A program made the position numbers and the translations under genes. The notes below the pieces were generated by a model. It made no database searches, had not been told where the DNA came from, and saw only the letters and a program-made list of their open reading frames with translations. This document shows positions 47,488 through 57,987 of a stretch of 64,000 bases of DNA, in pieces. The stretch's first letter is position 1, and each line of letters starts with the position of its first letter. The stretch is from Planctomycetota bacterium (GTDB lineage Bacteria > Planctomycetota > B15-G4), in assembly GCA_965248575.1 (NCBI GenBank), contig CBDFJQ010000002.1, forward strand, positions 2,528,001-2,592,000, in the 5' to 3' direction.

Positions 47488-49382
47488 GGACTCGTTTCCT
47501 CCGCATGGAACCAGCGTTCGAGAACCAGAAGGGTATACAGCGTCTCGTGCGCCGCAAGCCTTCCCTCACGATGCCCCCTCAACAGGACGGCAACGGCATC
47601 CTGGTCGAAGTGCCCCCGGCTGCGGGCTTCCGGCGAAAGCAGCACCTGCTCGGCGTGATGCCCCAGGGCGCCACGAAACCAGGAGTCCAGGGGGACTCCG
47701 AAACCCTGCTTGGGTCCATGCAGCACATCGGCCGGCAGGCGACGCCGGAGGGCAGCCCGCAGGACATGCTTGGACTGCCTGCCGTGCAGCTTTTGGTCGG
47801 CCGGGAGCGAGGCGGCGTACTCCATGAGGCGGCGATCCAAGAAGGGTGAACGCGCCTCCAAGGAGTGGGCCATGGAGTTGATGTCCACCTTGACGAGCAC
47901 GTCGTCGGGCAGATAGCGCCGAACATCGAGAGCGAGGGCCTCGTTGATGCCGAGCGGGGCCGTGCTGTCGGGCCCGTAATGCGTGGGCGTGCCCCAGCGC
48001 TCCCGGGCTTCAGGCGTCAACAGGGCACCGAGCACCTGGGGCGGCGTTGCCAACCTCCACAAATGGTTGCGTTGCCGCGGGGAGGCATCGAGCGCGTTGC
48101 AGAAGCGGTCCAGGCGAGTGCCCAGGGAGCGGTGGCCCGCCGAGCCCAGCGCCATGGCGAGATGCCGACCGAGGGAGAGGGCCGAGCGCGCTCGACGCCC
48201 CCAGCGGGAATCGAAACGCTGCGCCAGTCGCAGGGCCTTGTACCGGTCGTAGCCCGCGAAGGACTCATCGCCCCCGTCGCCCGTGAGCACGACCTTCACA
48301 TGCTGGGAGGCAAGCCGGCTGACCATCCAGGTGGGTATGGAGCTGCTGTCCGCGAACGGCTCCCCGTGATGGAGGAGCAGCTCGTCCAGCAGGGACACCG
48401 CGTCGGGCAGGACCAGCTCTTCGTGATGCTGCGTGTCGAAGAGCCGGGCCACGCGCCGCGCCCGGGGCGTCTCGTCGTAGGCGGCGTCCTCGAACCCGAT
48501 CGTGAACGTCTTGACCTTCCCACCCATCTGGCGCGCCATCTCGGCCACGACAGCAGCGCTGTCCAGCCCACCTGAGAGTAGGGCCCCCAAGGGGACATCG
48601 GACATGAGGCGGCGCCCGACAGCCTGCTCCAGCAAGCCCCCGACCCGCTCCGCTGCCTCGTCAAGACTCGGCGAGCTCGCACGCTCCGGGCCGGGCGGGA
48701 GCTTCCAGTAGCAGGTCGTCTGCACCCGCCCGTTCTCCGCGACGAGCACATGCCCGGGAGCCAACTTGCGGGCACCGAGCCAGGCCGAAGAGGGCTGGGG
48801 AATGCAGCGGAAAGCCAGGAAGTCGGCCAAGGCTTGATCATCCGGGCGGCGATCCCAGTCGGGGTCGCACTTGAGCGCCGAAAACTCGCTGGCGAAGGAG
48901 AGCCCGTTCGCCGCAGCCGCATACACCAGGGGCTTCTGGCCGACCCGGTCGCGCCCCAGGACGAGACGCTGCGCCTCCACATCCCAGAGCGCAAAGGCGA
49001 ACATGCCGTCCAGGCGATCAACGAAGTGCGGACCCTCGCTCTCCCAGTACTCGCGATAGAGGGGCAACAGCACCTCGCTGTCGCAGCGGCTCGAGAACTG
49101 ATGGCCCTTGGCTGAGAGGGAGGCTCGCAGCTCCTGGTGGTTGTAGATCTCGCCGTTCACCACCAGCGCAACCCGGCCATCCGCGCTGAACATGGGCTGT
49201 CGGCCCGCGGGGCTCAGGTCCACGATGGCCAGACGCCGCTGCCCCAGGGACAGGGGCCCGTGGGTGGACAGACCCTCGTCGTCAGGGCCACGGTGTACGA
49301 GCGCCGAGAGCATGGCGCGCACCGTGTCCTCGGCGCCCGGCCGTGTCGCGTCGAACCAGAGCTTTCCCGCGATGCCGCACAT
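47484..49382 (-). CDS. asnB: Asparagine synthase (glutamine-hydrolysing) family amidotransferase
   Basis: MCGIAG, HRGPD, NGEIYN, LSGGLDS, GDGGDE, SLEARSPFLD. Confidence 0.9.
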   Translation of the reverse strand: MCGIAGKLWFDATRPGAEDTVRAMLSALVHRGPDDEGLSTHGPLSLGQRRLAIVDLSPAGRQPMFSADGRVALVVNGEIYNHQELRASLSAKGHQFSSRCDSEVLLPLYREYWESEGPHFVDRLDGMFAFALWDVEAQRLVLGRDRVGQKPLVYAAAANGLSFASEFSALKCDPDWDRRPDDQALADFLAFRCIPQPSSAWLGARKLAPGHVLVAENGRVQTTCYWKLPPGPERASSPSLDEAAERVGGLLEQAVGRRLMSDVPLGALLSGGLDSAAVVAEMARQMGGKVKTFTIGFEDAAYDETPRARRVARLFDTQHHEELVLPDAVSLLDELLLHHGEPFADSSSIPTWMVSRLASQHVKVVLTGDGGDESFAGYDRYKALRLAQRFDSRWGRRARSALSLGRHLAMALGSAGHRSLGTRLDRFCNALDASPRQRNHLWRLATPPQVLGALLTPEARERWGTPTHYGPDSTAPLGINEALALDVRRYLPDDVLVKVDINSMAHSLEARSPFLDRRLMEYAASLPADQKLHGRQSKHVLRAALRRRLPADVLHGPKQGFGVPLDSWFRGALGHHAEQVLLSPEARSRGHFDQDAVAVLLRGHREGRLAAHETLYTLLVLERWFHAEETSP

Positions 49383-49408
49383 GGAGCGTCAGCTCGCGTG
49401 GATCAGGG

Positions 49409-50548
49409 TCACGCTCCGAAGAACTCGGCGATCACATCGACGACGGACTGCTTGTGGTCGTCGGTGAGCTCGCTGTAGATCGGAATGGCCATGGTCTCAA
49501 GGGCCGCCGATTCCGTCACCGGGAAGTCGCCCGCCTTGAACCCGTGGTCCTTCAGAGCCGGCTGCACATGGCATCCGCTCGGGTAGTAGAGCACGCAGCC
49601 GATGTCGTTGGCGCGCATGTGGTTCAGCAGCGGATCGCGTTGCTCGGCCGCAACCCGGATGATGAACTGGTTGTAGATGTGGTGAACGCCAGGACGCACG
49701 TAGGGCATGCCCACCGCTTCCGTCAGCCCCCGCTCCGCGAACAGCTCGCGGTAATGGTCAGCGTTCTGGCGACGGGCCTCGGCCCAGCCGTCGAGGTACT
49801 TCAGCTTCACGCTCAACACCGCGGCCTGGATGCCGTCGAGGCGGAAGTTGCCGCCCAGCATCTCATGGTGGTAGGCGGGTTCCATGCCGTGGTTGCGCAT
49901 GATGGACATGGTGTGCGCGAGGGCGTCGTCGTTCGTGGTCACCAGACCACCATCCCCCGCCGCGCCCAGGTTCTTGCTGGGGTAGAAGGAGAAGCAGCCG
50001 GCAGTGCCCATGGACCCGGCCATGCGCCCATCGGCATCCCGTGCACCGATGGCCTGCGCCGCATCTTCGATCACGGGCAGCTTGTGCTTTGCTGCGATCG
50101 CGTTCACAGCGGTCATGTCGGCAACCTGGCCGAAGAGGTGCACCGGCACGATCGCCTTGGTCTTCTCGGTGATGGCGGCTTCGAGCTTGTCGACGTCCAG
50201 GTTGTAGGTTTTCGGCTCGATGTCGACGAACACGATGCGCGCACCCAGACGAGCGATGCAGCCGACGGTGGCGAAGAAGGTGTACGGCGACGTGATCACC
50301 TCATCGCCGGGGCCCACACCCAAGGCCGTCATGGCCACCAGCAGAGCGTCCGTCCCACTCGACACCCCCACCCCGTGCGCTGCTCCCGTGTAGTCGGCGA
50401 GCTCCTTCTCCAAGGTCTGCACGTAGGGCCCACCGATGAAGGCGAGCTTGTCGAAGACGCCGTCCACAGCGCTGCGCAGCTCCTCACGAAGAGGAGCGTA
50501 CTGAGCCTGGAGATCGAGCAGGGGAACCTTGAGGCGCGTCATGGTCAT
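49409..50548 (-). CDS. DegT/DnrJ/EryC1/StrS PLP-dependent sugar aminotransferase
   Basis: SSGTDAL, PVHLFGQ, IEDAAQA, SFYPSKNLGAAGDGG. Confidence 0.92.
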   Translation of the reverse strand: MTMTRLKVPLLDLQAQYAPLREELRSAVDGVFDKLAFIGGPYVQTLEKELADYTGAAHGVGVSSGTDALLVAMTALGVGPGDEVITSPYTFFATVGCIARLGARIVFVDIEPKTYNLDVDKLEAAITEKTKAIVPVHLFGQVADMTAVNAIAAKHKLPVIEDAAQAIGARDADGRMAGSMGTAGCFSFYPSKNLGAAGDGGLVTTNDDALAHTMSIMRNHGMEPAYHHEMLGGNFRLDGIQAAVLSVKLKYLDGWAEARRQNADHYRELFAERGLTEAVGMPYVRPGVHHIYNQFIIRVAAEQRDPLLNHMRANDIGCVLYYPSGCHVQPALKDHGFKAGDFPVTESAALETMAIPIYSELTDDHKQSVVDVIAEFFGA

Positions 50549-50662
50549 GGAATTCCTCGTCACGGATGGGGCGGCCCCGCGGGCACGCGGCGCCACCATA
50601 GCGCATCGATTCCGCTCAATCGAAGCGGTGAAACGCCTGAGATTCCCCGTGAAGGGAGGCGA

Positions 50663-51352
50663 TCAGTCCGCGGCGGTCGGCGCGGCCGGCAGCAAGTCGC
50701 AAAAGGCGAAGCCGTCCCGCTCGACCCGCTCCCCCACCCGGATTGGGACCGGGCGCTCGAACATGGGCCCATCGTGGACGAAGGTGTGGAATTCACCGTT
50801 CTCGCCGCAGGGATCGATGTCCGCAGGAAAGCCCTCCAGCAGCTCCGGCTCCCAAGCGCTTCCCACGGTCTCCACGGGTAGCTTCTTCGGGTCGATGCAG
50901 CTGATCCGGGCTTGCACCCCTGCCGCCCACATCTCCGTCGCCAACTCAGCCGTGTCCCTTCCCCAGAGCGGGAAGAGAACCTCCAGCCCACTCGCCTTCA
51001 GCTGGGTCTCGCGATACGCGCGGATGTCCTCCAGGAACAGGTCCCCAAAAGCCATGGCCTGGACGCCCTCGTCCAGCGCCCGCTGCACCATGCGCTGCAT
51101 GGTCTCGGCGTAGATCTCGTTGGAGCAGGGATAGGGGATCGGCGCGATCCAGAGTGGGACGCCCACAGCGTCGGCCTGAGCCTCGAGCAGCTCCTGGCGG
51201 ACCGCATGCATGGCCACCCGCTTGTGTGTCTCATTGACGGTCGTCAGCAGCGCAACCACTTCGAGCTCCGGTTGCTGCCGAAGAACATGCAGGGACCAGG
51301 CGCTGTCCTTCCCGCTACTCCAGCTCAGGATCACTCGGCGCTTGGCGGACAT
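50663..51352 (-). CDS. Diphthamide synthase-like (MJ0570) adenine nucleotide alpha hydrolase
   Basis: SWSSGKDS, FGDLFLEDIR.YRE, DPCGENGEFHT. Confidence 0.88.
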   Translation of the reverse strand: MSAKRRVILSWSSGKDSAWSLHVLRQQPELEVVALLTTVNETHKRVAMHAVRQELLEAQADAVGVPLWIAPIPYPCSNEIYAETMQRMVQRALDEGVQAMAFGDLFLEDIRAYRETQLKASGLEVLFPLWGRDTAELATEMWAAGVQARISCIDPKKLPVETVGSAWEPELLEGFPADIDPCGENGEFHTFVHDGPMFERPVPIRVGERVERDGFAFCDLLPAAPTAAD

Positions 51353-51588
51353 GCTGGTCTCCGATCTGGCCGTTGAAGGTTGTCGAACCACATCCTGAAC
51401 GTGAAGAAGGGCGCCCTCAGCGACCTCTCGCTGATGACACCCTTCTTGCAGGGGACTCGCAGCCCTGCCAGCTCGAATTCATGTGGCCGGAACTCTCAAT
51501 CGACGTCTGTCGACGTCTCAGTCTCCGTCGCCCGAGCAGCCACGATTTCACCTGTCCCGGGTTCGGGACCAAGCGAAGCCGATGGGCT

Positions 51589-51996
51589 CTAGCTCTCCGA
51601 GCCGTCGTCACCCACCACCAGCACGGTGACGAGATCGATGATTCCCGTGATGGGCAGGAAAGCCGTATCGATGGGAATCGTGAAGATGCTGGCGAGGATC
51701 TGGTAGCCCAGCCCCATCTCGCTGCGACCGACGGTGCGGCTCGACGCGTACGAGAGGTAGGTGTGCTTCGGGCTGTACTGCTCGTCGCGGAAGATCAGGT
51801 CACCCGCCATGGTGGCCGGGGACACGATCGAGTCGAAGATGGCCAGGGGGAACACACCCAGGACCTTCGGAACGATGTTGACGTCGGAGGCGACCCACTT
51901 TTCGGTGTCACCCATGTTCGTGTGCCGGTTGTAGCTGCAGCCGACGGTGCCCACGAGCAGCATGCCGACAATCACCCATCCCAAGCACTTCTTCAT
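51589..51996 (-). CDS. Hypothetical lipoprotein
   Basis: MKK, hydrophobic stretch, lipobox TVGC. Confidence 0.65.
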   Translation of the reverse strand: MKKCLGWVIVGMLLVGTVGCSYNRHTNMGDTEKWVASDVNIVPKVLGVFPLAIFDSIVSPATMAGDLIFRDEQYSPKHTYLSYASSRTVGRSEMGLGYQILASIFTIPIDTAFLPITGIIDLVTVLVVGDDGSES

Positions 51997-52227
51997 CTGT
52001 CCGGACAACACCTGGATCTCCGAGCTGCGAGACGTCGTGACGGTTGGGCCCTATCTTCGAGACGGGGACTCGAGAAGGCCGCGCGGAGTCTAACGGGGTG
52101 ATCCGAGACGCACAAGAGACCCGGAATCCTCCGGAAGCGATCCAGAGACCCGCTCCGCACGCAGCAATAGACAGCGGCCCGGCCCTGGCAACAGTCCCGG
52201 GCTCAGGAAGCGGCCGCGCGAGGCCCG

Positions 52228-52596
52228 CTATTCCGACTCGAAGCGGACCTTCTCAAGGCCGCCCGCGCCGGGTGCCTTGGGCAGGGTGATCAGCAGGACG
52301 CCCCCTTCAAACACCGCCTGAAGGGCATCGTCGGCCAGCAGGTCGTCGAAGTCGACGTTCAGCTGCCAGGTCACGAGGCGCCCCGCTGGGGCACCCGTCT
52401 GGACCTCGGCCGAGAGGCTCAGGACGCCCTTCTCGATGGCCAGATCGATGTTTCCGAGCTGACCTCCGGGGAGGTCAAAGAACAGGCGAAAGTCCTGCGG
52501 CCGCTCGATGAGATCGATGCGAGGCCGCAGGAGCTTGCCCTTCAGGCGCTGGGACGAGGGTGAAGAATCACCATGGCTGGGGAGTCGCGAACTCAC
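52228..52596 (-). CDS. Hsp20/alpha-crystallin small heat shock protein (short)
   Basis: PRIDLIE, DLPG, GVLLITLPK. Confidence 0.8.
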   Translation of the reverse strand: MSSRLPSHGDSSPSSQRLKGKLLRPRIDLIERPQDFRLFFDLPGGQLGNIDLAIEKGVLSLSAEVQTGAPAGRLVTWQLNVDFDDLLADDALQAVFEGGVLLITLPKAPGAGGLEKVRFESE

Positions 52597-53045
52597 TCGC
52601 TGATGACCTGAACGGGGATCTGACGGGGCTTCAAGACGTCCGCCTTGGGCAGGACGATGGTCAGGATCCCCTGCCGGAGTTCGGCGGACACGCCCTCGCT
52701 CTGGACCTCGCAGGGCAGCTGAATCCGGCGTTCGAAGGCACCGCGATGACCTTCGGCGTGCAGGAGTTCGGCCCCCTCGGGCAACTCGCCATCCCGTTCG
52801 CCCTGGATGCTCAGCTCATCGGCCAGGACACTGAGATGAAGGCCCTCGATGGTGGCACCGGGCAGCTCGACCTCGACATGAAGGGCATGCTCATCAGCCC
52901 AGACACGCAGAGGCGGTTGGCCGGCGGTCCGGCCCTGGGCCTGAGCCTGGGAGCCTCCCGATTTCAGGATCTCATCCATCAGACTGGGAAAGGGGCGGGC
53001 GAAAAACGGCAGGGAGGAACGACGCATGGCGGACGGGGCGGACAT
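52593..53045 (-). CDS. Hsp20/alpha-crystallin small heat shock protein
   Basis: ELPG, LSIQGER, FERRIQLP, GILTIVLPK, PRQI; GGAGAG RBS before ATG 53045. Confidence 0.9.
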   Translation of the reverse strand: MSAPSAMRRSSLPFFARPFPSLMDEILKSGGSQAQAQGRTAGQPPLRVWADEHALHVEVELPGATIEGLHLSVLADELSIQGERDGELPEGAELLHAEGHRGAFERRIQLPCEVQSEGVSAELRQGILTIVLPKADVLKPRQIPVQVISE

Positions 53046-53096
53046 GTTGACTCTCCGATTGGTGAGGTAAGGCGTCACGAGGACGCGTACCCCAGT

Positions 53097-53112
53097 TGCA
53101 AGGCCTGTGCCA
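53097..53112 (-). promoter_or_regulatory. Sigma-54 (-24/-12) promoter for the Hsp20 pair
   Basis: Minus strand reads TGGCAC-AGGCC-TTGCA, an exact consensus, about 50 bp upstream of the ATG. Confidence 0.75.
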
Positions 53113-53405
53113 ATCGTGCCGAACAGGCTCCAAGCCCGAGAACACCCTCAAAACGGCCATTTGGCTCCAGCTTGGTAGCCTCGCACTTGGAATCTGCCAG
53201 GACTGAGCAGCTCAGCAGAGAGAATGCGGCCAAAACGGCGCATCGCCGCGCCGACTTGGCAGGCGAGCGCTCGGTTGGCGCCGGGTTGGGTCTGGTGCGG
53301 GTCGTGGGTATGGTCACCTCCCTTTTACGCGCCCACCCATCGGGCGCACCGCGGTCCCGCCAGCAGGATTCCTGATCCATTTGCAGGCGACGGAGGCTGG
53401 AACTC

Positions 53406-54116
53406 ATGAACTGGTTGACCCGGACCCTCGGCTCATCCGTTGGGCGGAAGATGCTCGTCGCTCTCACCGGGCTCGCCCTGGTGGGCTTCGTCATCACCCA
53501 CATGCTCGGCAATCTTCAGGTGTTCGCCGGCCGCGAGGCGCTCAACGCCTACGCCGCGAACATCAAGAGCCTGGGCCCCCTCCTCTGGGCCATGCGCGCT
53601 GGCCTCCTGCTCGCATTCGTGACGCACGTCGGGCTGGCCCTGAAGCTGGCTGCCGAGAACCGCGCGGCGCGGCCGGAGCGCTACGCGCACAACGCGCATG
53701 TGCAGAGCACCAGCGGTGCGCGCAGCATGGTCATCACGGGCCTCATGGTGCTGTTGTTCATCCTGTACCACCTGGCGCACTTCACCTTCGGCCTCACGGA
53801 CCCGGGGAGTTTCAACGCCGACGAGGCGATCATGACCGCGGCGGGGCCGGTCAACCGCCACGACGTGTACTACATGGTCGTGACCGGATTTCAGCAGCCG
53901 CTGGTGACGATCCTCTACATCGCCGCCATGGTCTGCCTTGCCCTGCACATGAGTCATGGCGTGCAGAGCGTCTTCCAATCCTTGGGTCTCAACCATCCCA
54001 AGCACGAGCCGCTCATCCGCAAGCTGGCCGTCGGCTTGGCCTGGGTGATCTTCCTCGGCAACGCGGCCATGCCTGTCGCCGTGCTCGCCGGTCTCGTCGA
54101 CCTTCCTGGAGCCTGA
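53406..54116 (+). CDS. sdhC: Succinate dehydrogenase/fumarate reductase cytochrome b subunit
   Basis: SSVGRK..ALTG, HMLGNL, 5 TMs, HMSHGVQS. Confidence 0.9.
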   Translation: MNWLTRTLGSSVGRKMLVALTGLALVGFVITHMLGNLQVFAGREALNAYAANIKSLGPLLWAMRAGLLLAFVTHVGLALKLAAENRAARPERYAHNAHVQSTSGARSMVITGLMVLLFILYHLAHFTFGLTDPGSFNADEAIMTAAGPVNRHDVYYMVVTGFQQPLVTILYIAAMVCLALHMSHGVQSVFQSLGLNHPKHEPLIRKLAVGLAWVIFLGNAAMPVAVLAGLVDLPGA

Positions 54117-54119
54117 TCG

Positions 54120-56033
54120 ATGAAGCTCGACTCTGCCATTCCTGACGGTCCCATCGAGGGCAAGTGGGACAAGCATCGCTTCGAAATGAAACTGGTGAAT
54201 CCAGCCAACAAGCGCAAGTCGCGTGTGCTGGTCGTGGGCTCGGGCCTGGCGGGCGGCGCTGCTGCCGCGACCCTCGCCGAACTCGGCTACGAGGTGCTGT
54301 GCTTTTGCTTCCAGGACAGCCCGCGGCGCGCCCATAGCATCGCGGCCCAGGGCGGCATCAACAGTGCCAAGAACTACCAGAACGACGGCGACAGCGTTTA
54401 CCGCCTGTTCTACGACACGGTGAAGGGCGGCGACTTCCGTTCGCGCGAAGCGAACGTCTATCGCCTGTCCCAGGTGAGCACCAACATCATCGACCAGTGC
54501 GTGGCACAGGGCGTGCCCTTCGCTCGGGAGTACGGCGGGCAGTTGGCCAACCGCTCATTCGGCGGAGCGCAGGTCTCGCGCACCTTCTACGCTCGCGGGC
54601 AGACGGGCCAGCAGCTCTTGCTGGGTTGTTACGCCTCCCTCAGCCGTCAGATCGGCCTGGGGAACGTGAAGATGTTCCCGCGCACCGAGATGCTCGACGT
54701 CGTCACCGTCGAAGGGCAGGCGCGGGGCATCGTCACGCGCGACCTGGTGAGCGGCAAGATCGAGTCCTTCGCAGGCGACGCCGTCGTCCTCGCGACGGGT
54801 GGCTACAGCAACGTCTTCTACCTCTCGACCAACGCCAAGGGCTGCAACGTGACAGCCGCCTGGCGTGCCCACAAGCGCGGAGCCGGCTTCGCCAACCCCT
54901 GCTACACACAGATCCACCCAACCTGCATCCCCGTCAGCGGCGACCACCAGAGCAAGCTCACGCTCATGTCCGAGTCGTTGCGCAACGATGGGCGCGTGTG
55001 GGTGCCCACCGACGGCAGCGAGCAGCGCCCTGCGGGGAACATCCCGGAAGACGCCCGGGACTACTACCTGGAACGCAAGTACCCCAGCTTCGGCAACCTC
55101 GCGCCGCGTGACATCGCCTCGCGCAGCGCCAAGGAGGCCTGCGACGATGGGCGCGGCGTGGGGCCGGGAGCCCGGGGCGTCTACCTCGACTTCCGCGATG
55201 CCATCCAGCGCTTGGGGCAAGACACCATCGCCCAGCGCTACGGCAACCTGTTCGAGATGTATCAACGCATCACGGACGACAACCCCTACGAAGTCCCCAT
55301 GCGCATCTACCCCGCGCCGCACTACACCATGGGCGGCCTGTGGGTGGACTACAACCTGCAGAGCACCGTGCCCGGCATGCACGTGATCGGCGAAGCCAAC
55401 TTCAGCGACCACGGCGCCAACCGCCTGGGAGCCTCGGCGCTCATGCAGGGCCTCGCGGATGGATACTTCGTCCTGCCCTACACGATCGGTCACTACTTCG
55501 CGACGCACAAGCCGGAACCCATCACAACGGATCACCCTGACTTCAAGCGCACCGAGCAAGAGGTCAACGACCGCATCAAGCGCCTCATCTCCGTCGGTGG
55601 CAAGCGGACGCCAGACTCCTTCCACCGCGAACTGGGCCGCATCATGTGGAACGGCTGCGGCATGGCACGCACGAAGGAGAGCCTGGAAGAGGTGCTCGCC
55701 AAGGTGCCCGCCCTGCGCGAGGAGTTCTGGAACGACGTCCGTGTGGTGGGCGGCCAGAGCGAGATGAACAACGCTCTCGAACAGGCAGGTCGCGTGGCGG
55801 ACTTCCTCGAGTTCGGCGAGACGATGGCCCTCGACGCCCTCACCCGCGATGAGTCCTGCGGCGGCCACTTCCGCGAAGAACACCAGACGGAGGATGGCGA
55901 GGCCGTTCGCAACGACGAGGACTTCTGCCACGCCACCGTCTGGGAGTACACCGGCGAAGGGAAGAAGCCCAACGAGCATCGCGAACAGCTCGACTTCCCG
56001 AACGTCCCGCTCGCAACCCGTAGCTACAAGTAG
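54120..56033 (+). CDS. sdhA: Succinate dehydrogenase/fumarate reductase flavoprotein
   Basis: [46 protein letters not shown]. Confidence 0.95.
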   Translation: MKLDSAIPDGPIEGKWDKHRFEMKLVNPANKRKSRVLVVGSGLAGGAAAATLAELGYEVLCFCFQDSPRRAHSIAAQGGINSAKNYQNDGDSVYRLFYDTVKGGDFRSREANVYRLSQVSTNIIDQCVAQGVPFAREYGGQLANRSFGGAQVSRTFYARGQTGQQLLLGCYASLSRQIGLGNVKMFPRTEMLDVVTVEGQARGIVTRDLVSGKIESFAGDAVVLATGGYSNVFYLSTNAKGCNVTAAWRAHKRGAGFANPCYTQIHPTCIPVSGDHQSKLTLMSESLRNDGRVWVPTDGSEQRPAGNIPEDARDYYLERKYPSFGNLAPRDIASRSAKEACDDGRGVGPGARGVYLDFRDAIQRLGQDTIAQRYGNLFEMYQRITDDNPYEVPMRIYPAPHYTMGGLWVDYNLQSTVPGMHVIGEANFSDHGANRLGASALMQGLADGYFVLPYTIGHYFATHKPEPITTDHPDFKRTEQEVNDRIKRLISVGGKRTPDSFHRELGRIMWNGCGMARTKESLEEVLAKVPALREEFWNDVRVVGGQSEMNNALEQAGRVADFLEFGETMALDALTRDESCGGHFREEHQTEDGEAVRNDEDFCHATVWEYTGEGKKPNEHREQLDFPNVPLATRSYK

Positions 56034-56044
56034 GCTGACGAACC

Positions 56045-56794
56045 ATGAAGCTGACACTGCGTATCTGGCGACAGAATGGCCCCGACGCCGCGGGCAAGAT
56101 GGAAGAACACGCGCTCGCAGACGTGAGCCCGGACATGTCCTTCCTCGAGATGCTCGATGTCCTCAACGAGTCGCTGCAGAACGAGGGCAAGCAGCCGGTC
56201 GCCTTTGACCACGACTGTCGCGAAGGCATCTGCGGCACCTGCTCGCTGGTCATCAATGGCGTGGCCCACGGCCCCATGAAGGCCACGACCACCTGCCAGC
56301 TCCACATGCGGACGTTCAAGGACGGCGACACCATCGACATCGAGCCGTTTCGGGCCAAGGCCTTCCCAGTCTTGCGCGACCTCTGCGTCGATCGCAACGC
56401 CTTCGACCGCATCCAGGCCCAGGGCGGCTTCGTGTCGGTCAACACCGGCGGCGCCCAGGACGCCAACGCCATCCCCATCGGCAAGGTGGATGCCGACACC
56501 GCCATGGATGCCGCCGCCTGCATCGGCTGCGGAGCGTGCGTCGCAGCGTGCCCCAACGCGTCCGCCATGCTGTTCGTTTCGGCAAAGATCGGACATCTCG
56601 CCAACCTGCCACAGGGCCAGCCCGAACGGAGCCGCCGTGCGATCTCCATGGTGAGCGCCATGGACGCCGAAGGCTTCGGCAACTGCCGAAACATCTACGA
56701 GTGCGAAGCCGTCTGCCCCAAGGAAATCAGCCACCACTTCATCGCCGGCATGAACCGCGACTACGTGAAGGCGTCGATCTGCAGCAAGGAGTAG
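56045..56794 (+). CDS. sdhB: Succinate dehydrogenase/fumarate reductase iron-sulfur subunit
   Basis: [33 protein letters not shown]. Confidence 0.95.
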   Translation: MKLTLRIWRQNGPDAAGKMEEHALADVSPDMSFLEMLDVLNESLQNEGKQPVAFDHDCREGICGTCSLVINGVAHGPMKATTTCQLHMRTFKDGDTIDIEPFRAKAFPVLRDLCVDRNAFDRIQAQGGFVSVNTGGAQDANAIPIGKVDADTAMDAAACIGCGACVAACPNASAMLFVSAKIGHLANLPQGQPERSRRAISMVSAMDAEGFGNCRNIYECEAVCPKEISHHFIAGMNRDYVKASICSKE

Positions 56795-56819
56795 GGCGGA
56801 GTCAGCCCAGTTCAGTGGC

Positions 56820-57956
56820 TCAGCTGGCGCCGAGCGGCACGATGTCGATCAATCCGGTGACGCCGCTGGCTGAGACGGCCCTGGCTGCGAGCAGGTGCAT
56901 CCCCGAGTTCAAGGCTGGCATCGCTCCGTGCAGGGACCACCCGCTGTGCAGCCAATCCGGGCGGGCCTTCGCATCCGCCACATCCGCGCGCGGCTGATCG
57001 ACAGCAACTTCCGCCACCAGTCGACCGTCCAGCAGCAACTGCACGGCTCTCACGGGCGTCGCTCGTCGGGTGTCCGCGGCCCAGCCATCCAGATGGAATT
57101 CTCCATCCCGCACGATGACGCGGTCGATGACCCCCTGCACGCAGGACACGTTTCGCCAGGCCTGCAGGCCCGGCAGCGGCGACTTGCTGGCCACGAAGAC
57201 GTCTTGCAGCATCCAGAGGTCCCGCTCCAGCGAGCAGATCTGCGCGACGCCCTGCTCGCGGGCGATGTCCTCCACCACCCGCCGCTCCACGAAGGTGGAG
57301 CCATACTCGGCTTCATCCAAGCCCAGGCTCTCGCTCTGGGGAATGAAGGTGAATCCGGAGGGATCCTTGCTCACCTCACGCACGACATCCGGACCATGGG
57401 TGGAGAAGACCAGGAGCCCTTCGTCCGAGAGGGCGTCGTAGAGCACCTGCAACCATTGAGCAAACCGAGCCCGTGGGAGGTGCGAGAAGAGCGAGCTGAC
57501 GAAGATCAGGTCGAAGCCCTGACCCACATCGAAGCGGGCCGGGTCCGTGCGCGAGAGGCGCGCGTCCACCGCCAGCGCTTGCCCTACGAAATCCACTGCC
57601 GGCGCCAGGATCTCAGCCGTGGTGATGCGCTCGGGAGGCAACTCCCGCACCAGATGCCGGGTCACGCGGCCATAGCCGCTGGCCATCTCCAGCACCTTGC
57701 GAGCCGTGCCCAGGCTGCGACCGGCTGCCTGCATGACGTTGTGCAACGACTGGATGACCTCCCGGCCGTCCCGGTAGTACTGCAACCGGGAACGGCCGGG
57801 ATGGACAGCCTCTGCCAGACGCGCCGTGAGGAACATCTCGTCCGCAGGGTGAATCTGCTCGCAGAAGCCTGTCGCCAGCCCCTCCAACTCGAGGTAGGCC
57901 CGACCGATCCGGCGCGAGAGATCCGATTCCTGCAACGACTCCGAGACGTCCGACAT
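56820..57956 (-). CDS. Class I SAM methyltransferase with C-terminal Ig-like domain
   Basis: VLEMASGYGRVTRHL, FDLIFVSSLFSHLP; tail GWAAD..PRADVA..SGW. Confidence 0.8.
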   Translation of the reverse strand: MSDVSESLQESDLSRRIGRAYLELEGLATGFCEQIHPADEMFLTARLAEAVHPGRSRLQYYRDGREVIQSLHNVMQAAGRSLGTARKVLEMASGYGRVTRHLVRELPPERITTAEILAPAVDFVGQALAVDARLSRTDPARFDVGQGFDLIFVSSLFSHLPRARFAQWLQVLYDALSDEGLLVFSTHGPDVVREVSKDPSGFTFIPQSESLGLDEAEYGSTFVERRVVEDIAREQGVAQICSLERDLWMLQDVFVASKSPLPGLQAWRNVSCVQGVIDRVIVRDGEFHLDGWAADTRRATPVRAVQLLLDGRLVAEVAVDQPRADVADAKARPDWLHSGWSLHGAMPALNSGMHLLAARAVSASGVTGLIDIVPLGAS

Positions 57957-57987
57957 GCGCGACTGCCCTTGGCCCGAGGGCCCGGGA

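Noticed and set aside
47484..49382. asnB as a lasso-peptide cyclase
   Set aside because: Has an intact N-terminal Cys glutaminase domain, sits beside a DegT sugar aminotransferase, and has no precursor or B protein nearby; a glycan amidotransferase role is more likely
53171..53200. Possible CIRCE upstream of the Hsp20 genes
   Set aside because: Arms and spacing do not fit TTAGCACTC-N9-GAGTGCTAA
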